This document shows positions 15,820 through 20,000 of a stretch of DNA of 20,000 nucleotides, in pieces (positions within the stretch are counted from its first letter, which is position 1; every line of letters begins with the position of its first letter). Under the pieces are notes generated by a model, which was not told the DNA's origin, did no database searches, and saw only the letters and a program-made list of their open reading frames with translations. Source of the DNA: an uncultured virus (IMG/VR IMGVR_UViG_3300028196_000002) (Duplodnaviria; Heunggongvirae; Uroviricota; Caudoviricetes); the IMG/VR virus record IMGVR_UViG_3300028196_000002, one strand, 5' to 3'. Made by a program: the position numbers and the translations under genes.

Positions 15820-18800
15820 ATGATGCAGAAACACAGAATACGTACTGAAATAGGAAATAATCAAAAATTGACTGTAGAGTTAAAACAAGATTACGACTTA
15901 TTAGAAATACTTTCACTCAAATTTAGTCAAAAAGACGCATACACATCTCTTTGTGCTGATTATGGGGTGGTCTGTGGTAGAATCAGTGCAAACAATGGAT
16001 TTGGTGTTGCAAATGCAAGGGTATCTATTTTTATACCGTTGGATGATGTTGATGAACAAGATCCCGTAGTATCTGCACTTTATCCATATAAATTAACACA
16101 GGACACAAATACAGACGGATACAAGTACAATCTATTCCCAAAAAGGAAACAACACACAGGACATACTCCTACAGGTACATTTCCTGATCAAGAAGACATT
16201 CTAACAAGAGAGGAAGTACTATATGTGTATGAAAAATATTATAAGTACACTGTAAAGACTAACGACGCTGGTGATTTCATGATATGGGGGGTTCCTGTTG
16301 GTAAACAAACAATACATGTAGATGTAGATTTGTCCGACATGGGGTGTCAGTCATTAGTACCTTATGATTTTATCTATGAAGGGGTTTCTGAAGAAAAGTT
16401 TGAAAACAATTACTCATTTAGAAGTAGTTCTGATATTGGGAGTTTACCACAGACATTAACTTTTGAGGAGAGTTTAGAAGTTTATCCTTTTTGGGGTAAC
16501 GAGGATTTATGTGAAATAGGAATTACAAGAACAGATTACGATTTATCTGAACAAGGTATTAGGATAGAACCATATTCAATCATGATGGGCGGAACCTTTA
16601 CTGATTCAGGAAAAGATTCGGTAAGAGTTGGGTGTAATGTTGATAATCAAATGGGAGAAAAATGTTCACTCATAACTGGTGAGGGGGATATTGAAACTAT
16701 TAGATTTTCAGGATATTATGAAGATAATGATGACGGGACACCAAACTACGAGAGACCAATATTGGAAGCATTACAATTGGATTCCCAAATAGATAAGGAT
16801 GGTAATTTCTTTTTTAGGGTTCCTATGAATATGGGATACAGAATCACAAATGAATTCGGTGAATTGGTAGAGACTAAAGACACCCAAAGAGGTATACCAA
16901 CAAGAGGAACATATAGATTTAGACTTTCATTACAAAATGATAATGGTCAGAAAAAACAATACAGGGGTAAGTATTTGGTACCACAAATTAAAGAACATCA
17001 ATTAAGTGGTCAAATTCATCCCAATGCGTATGCATTCTCAGATAATTTAGATGACTACCCTTCCGATTCACATGATGATATTACGGGGGTTAATAATAAT
17101 GGGTTTGCAAATGACATGTTTTACTCTTTTAGATACAATAGGGTTTATACAGTATCGTCATTTATTAACCAATACCATAATAAATCTTGGGGTGAACGTG
17201 TATTTCCGTTTTTTGCGAAAGATAGGAACGAATCCTTTATCGGTATAAAAGAAATACAACCCTCTATTGAAGAAGATTGTTCGAATGGCAATGAGTACTT
17301 TCCAATTACCGACGCGGTTAGAAATCACAAATTTAAGTTTCTAATCACAACCATCTTAAATTTTTTAGAAAGACTTTATTTGATTATTACTCAATTTGCA
17401 TTTGATTTTATTGTTGAGTTTATATTTGATGTTGCTGAAATCCTTTATGATATTAAAATTCCTGTTGTTAAATACAGACCTTTCAAAGGAACCGCAAGAA
17501 AAGTTGCCAGATTCGGACGACAAATTCAAATTGCTACAATTAGAAATTTAGAATTGATTAATTATCCTGACTGTTATGAATGTTCAAAAGATCCACTAAC
17601 GGGTAGTGACGGAACCCCTGGTGGAGATACATACGAGATAGTTCTTGTGGACAATAATGGAGATGAAATTTCATACCCAAGTAGTACCACTAGTAGTGGA
17701 TTGGAATCAACTGTAAATACTTTAGGTCTAACAGCGGTGAATAGTAATATAGTTACTAACCACCCATATGACCCAAATGATGGTACTTCAAGTGGTTCTC
17801 CCGATCATTTGGATTTAACTATATCAGGTGGACATCCTGATAAAAACTATATTATAAAATTTATTGTTGAACCAGAAGTTGGATATACTGATCCCGATAC
17901 AGGAGATTACATAATTACATCACAGGCGGTATATTATTATCTATTTATTGGATATGGATCTGATTCTCCGGTAAACGATTCAGTTAATGGAAGGTATGAT
18001 GGTCTTTCGTACGAGATATTTACTGCCTACTATGATAGCAACAATACAGATATGAGTGGTTCCTTACCCACTTCAGAGTCGGGAACTGTATTATCCGCTG
18101 TTGGCCAATTTACCATTCACACCGTCTATTTCTATGGTGAAAAACAGGTAAATACGACTTCTAATGATTTAGCGGAATCCGGTTGTTCTAAATATGATAC
18201 CATTTACGATCCTGATAATGACATGTCATTAAAGGCGTATTTGAATAATGCTGGAGGGACAAATGATTACAATTATTGGGTTGGGGTTGGTTCACAAGGA
18301 AGTGCTTATCCCGACATCTTTATAGACACTGAAAATCCGTGTAACTATACCCCACCATCATTTGATATCGTGGCATCAATTAGTGCGTGGTATAAGGAAG
18401 CCGGTAAAACGGGTGATCCATATACCTCAAGAAGATGTAGGATAGCGGACGGACACGCACCAGATAGAGAAACAGGAATCCCTGCAGGTACTGCGTCAGG
18501 ACATTCAGAATTTAGAGACGGTGTCTATACTTTAATTGCGGCTGCGGGTAAAAATAGAGCAATGATTCTAAACTACTCAAGAAGAAAATTACTCGGAAAA
18601 CTTATGTGTGGGGGTATAACATCATACACATTTAGTAATAGTTGGTTAAATGGGTCATTATACTTCTTCCAATTTAGAAGAAGAAAAGGGGGTAATAATG
18701 CAAAATATTGTAAAGATATTATACATCGGGAAGTAGACGAGACTGGGGTACACTATTATTATAGATCAACACCATATGACGGTACTAATTTTATTGGTGG

Positions 18801-19665
18801 TAAAAATGAAGAAAATAGTCAGACTAACCCCGAAATATTATTTCCAACAACAATTATGGATTTAGGACCAAGAAACATGTTCATTAAGGAGATATGTGTA
18901 GACCCTGAATTAGATGTAAACTGTTCAGTATCTAAGAGTATTGGAAATACATCATATCAAGACATAAACGACCTAATGGAGTGGGTTATATCCTCCAAAG
19001 AAGTTAAAGAACAAGGAAAGTTAAAAGTCCAAGATCTTTTTGATAAAAGGGGTAATGGTTCAATGGACGGAGATATTGTCCAACTATTAAATTTCAACTC
19101 TCAACTTGGAATATATGGGTATGATGATGAGGATGATGAAAGTCCATACTTTCCAGTTAATGGGGCTGAGTATTTTGATGGTGCGGGACCACTAAGTTTA
19201 AACTTTGTTTTTTCTGAAGATGATGAGGATACCGAAATTGTTGAAAAAGATGGTACGTTACTTAGATTATGTATAAACTCAGCAGGTAATTTAACCGAAA
19301 CATCTCAAGACATCCCATATTATAGGTGGGATAAAAAGGGTGACGGATTTGGTGGTGTCGGGACGACCAATACAGAAACCCAAGATTGGTCGAGAAATAC
19401 CATATACTCAACCAAATATCAGGGAGGGTGGACCTTTCCCGGTTTAATGGAAACAGACCCATATGGAGATGCCGGTGGGGATCCAACAGATGATATAAAT
19501 AGTCATTATTATGATGGTAGTATTTTACCACCATTCCGTGAATGTGAGCAGGATAATTATATACCAAATGAGGTTCCACTTGGTGGGCCTTTCCACTTTT
19601 ACTTCGGTTTAAGAACTGGTAAAAGTTCTTGGAATAAATTTATTAAAAACTTCGGTCCATTATGA
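15820..19665 (+). CDS. Large baseplate/tail-associated structural protein (1281 aa) with an N-terminal carboxypeptidase-regulatory-like beta-sandwich
   Basis: GVVCGRISANNGFGVANARVSIF...TVKTNDAGDFMIWGVPVGKQTIHVD fits the G.V....G.P...A.V / T.T...G.F....VP.G.Y.I pattern; lies after the wedge genes; S/T/G/D/Y-rich middle. Confidence 0.6.
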   Translation: MMQKHRIRTEIGNNQKLTVELKQDYDLLEILSLKFSQKDAYTSLCADYGVVCGRISANNGFGVANARVSIFIPLDDVDEQDPVVSALYPYKLTQDTNTDGYKYNLFPKRKQHTGHTPTGTFPDQEDILTREEVLYVYEKYYKYTVKTNDAGDFMIWGVPVGKQTIHVDVDLSDMGCQSLVPYDFIYEGVSEEKFENNYSFRSSSDIGSLPQTLTFEESLEVYPFWGNEDLCEIGITRTDYDLSEQGIRIEPYSIMMGGTFTDSGKDSVRVGCNVDNQMGEKCSLITGEGDIETIRFSGYYEDNDDGTPNYERPILEALQLDSQIDKDGNFFFRVPMNMGYRITNEFGELVETKDTQRGIPTRGTYRFRLSLQNDNGQKKQYRGKYLVPQIKEHQLSGQIHPNAYAFSDNLDDYPSDSHDDITGVNNNGFANDMFYSFRYNRVYTVSSFINQYHNKSWGERVFPFFAKDRNESFIGIKEIQPSIEEDCSNGNEYFPITDAVRNHKFKFLITTILNFLERLYLIITQFAFDFIVEFIFDVAEILYDIKIPVVKYRPFKGTARKVARFGRQIQIATIRNLELINYPDCYECSKDPLTGSDGTPGGDTYEIVLVDNNGDEISYPSSTTSSGLESTVNTLGLTAVNSNIVTNHPYDPNDGTSSGSPDHLDLTISGGHPDKNYIIKFIVEPEVGYTDPDTGDYIITSQAVYYYLFIGYGSDSPVNDSVNGRYDGLSYEIFTAYYDSNNTDMSGSLPTSESGTVLSAVGQFTIHTVYFYGEKQVNTTSNDLAESGCSKYDTIYDPDNDMSLKAYLNNAGGTNDYNYWVGVGSQGSAYPDIFIDTENPCNYTPPSFDIVASISAWYKEAGKTGDPYTSRRCRIADGHAPDRETGIPAGTASGHSEFRDGVYTLIAAAGKNRAMILNYSRRKLLGKLMCGGITSYTFSNSWLNGSLYFFQFRRRKGGNNAKYCKDIIHREVDETGVHYYYRSTPYDGTNFIGGKNEENSQTNPEILFPTTIMDLGPRNMFIKEICVDPELDVNCSVSKSIGNTSYQDINDLMEWVISSKEVKEQGKLKVQDLFDKRGNGSMDGDIVQLLNFNSQLGIYGYDDEDDESPYFPVNGAEYFDGAGPLSLNFVFSEDDEDTEIVEKDGTLLRLCINSAGNLTETSQDIPYYRWDKKGDGFGGVGTTNTETQDWSRNTIYSTKYQGGWTFPGLMETDPYGDAGGDPTDDINSHYYDGSILPPFRECEQDNYIPNEVPLGGPFHFYFGLRTGKSSWNKFIKNFGPL

Positions 19666-20000
19666 TAAAAAAGAAAATCGTATCACCGAGTAAGAGATAC
19701 AAAAAGGCGGAATCTGAAGACTTAACTTTAAGAATAAATTTTGAAGAAGATAAGAGTTTATTAAGAGAAGGTGATAAAAATATAGTATTAGACATTGCGG
19801 AACTTTATAGAAAGGAACGTAATGAAAGTACCAAATATAGAATTTACGGTAAGATGAATATGGTGTTTAGAAACACATATAGTGGAACCACCACATACGA
19901 TCCTTTACTTAATAACCTTTATGTTATTGGTGATGGTCTTGATGGTGATTTTACGGGTCACTTACCATATAACGAATTTGCGTTCATTAGAAACGATTAT
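19662..20000 (+). CDS. Hypothetical protein, 3'-truncated (absent from the ORF track); probably structural
   Basis: ATGA overlap with the upstream stop; 113 open codons to the window end: MIKKKIVSPSKRYKKAESEDLTLRINFEEDKSLLREGDKNIVLDIAELYRKERNESTKYRIYGKMNMVFRNTYSG... Confidence 0.85.
   Translation, partial: MIKKKIVSPSKRYKKAESEDLTLRINFEEDKSLLREGDKNIVLDIAELYRKERNESTKYRIYGKMNMVFRNTYSGTTTYDPLLNNLYVIGDGLDGDFTGHLPYNEFAFIRNDY

Noticed and set aside
155..19579. All minus-strand ORFs and short alternative-frame plus-strand ORFs in the track (e.g. 3999-4256, 5991-6383, 8826-9194, 14607-15017)
   Set aside because: They lie within or almost entirely overlap well-supported + strand genes, have antisense-shadow composition and show no recognisable motifs.
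1..20000. Stop-codon reassignment, as seen in some large phages
   Set aside because: Genes are full length under code 11, and TAG (7024-7026) and TGA (19663-19665) both end genes at sensible boundaries.

Overview
AT-rich, very gene-dense window with all credible genes on the + strand, using the standard genetic code. It looks like part of a large T4-superfamily-like (probably jumbo) myophage genome. A DNA replication/nucleotide cassette (gp32-like SSB, RecA/UvsX, 5'-3' exonuclease, unknown ORF, DnaB/gp41 helicase, class Ia RNR nrdB-nrdA; 5084-13381) is bounded by intrinsic terminators and has its own host-type promoter. It sits between two blocks of probable virion genes: a large hub-like protein, small acidic proteins and a ferritin-like protein on the left; gp25-like and gp6/baseplate-J-like wedges, a 1281-aa protein and a truncated ORF on the right. 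A TATTTAT motif precedes the first gene after each sizeable gap in the structural blocks. A Bacteroidota host is inferred from the RNR type and order, SD-less A-rich starts and the promoter shape. The most unusual feature is a ~90-bp GC-rich structured element between ssb and recA: 10-bp perfect inverted repeats, two internal hairpins, and flanking 9-bp direct repeats whose collapse restores a compact gene junction. Its core arms match the terminator after nrdA. All protein calls come from motif recognition by eye; no searches were run.
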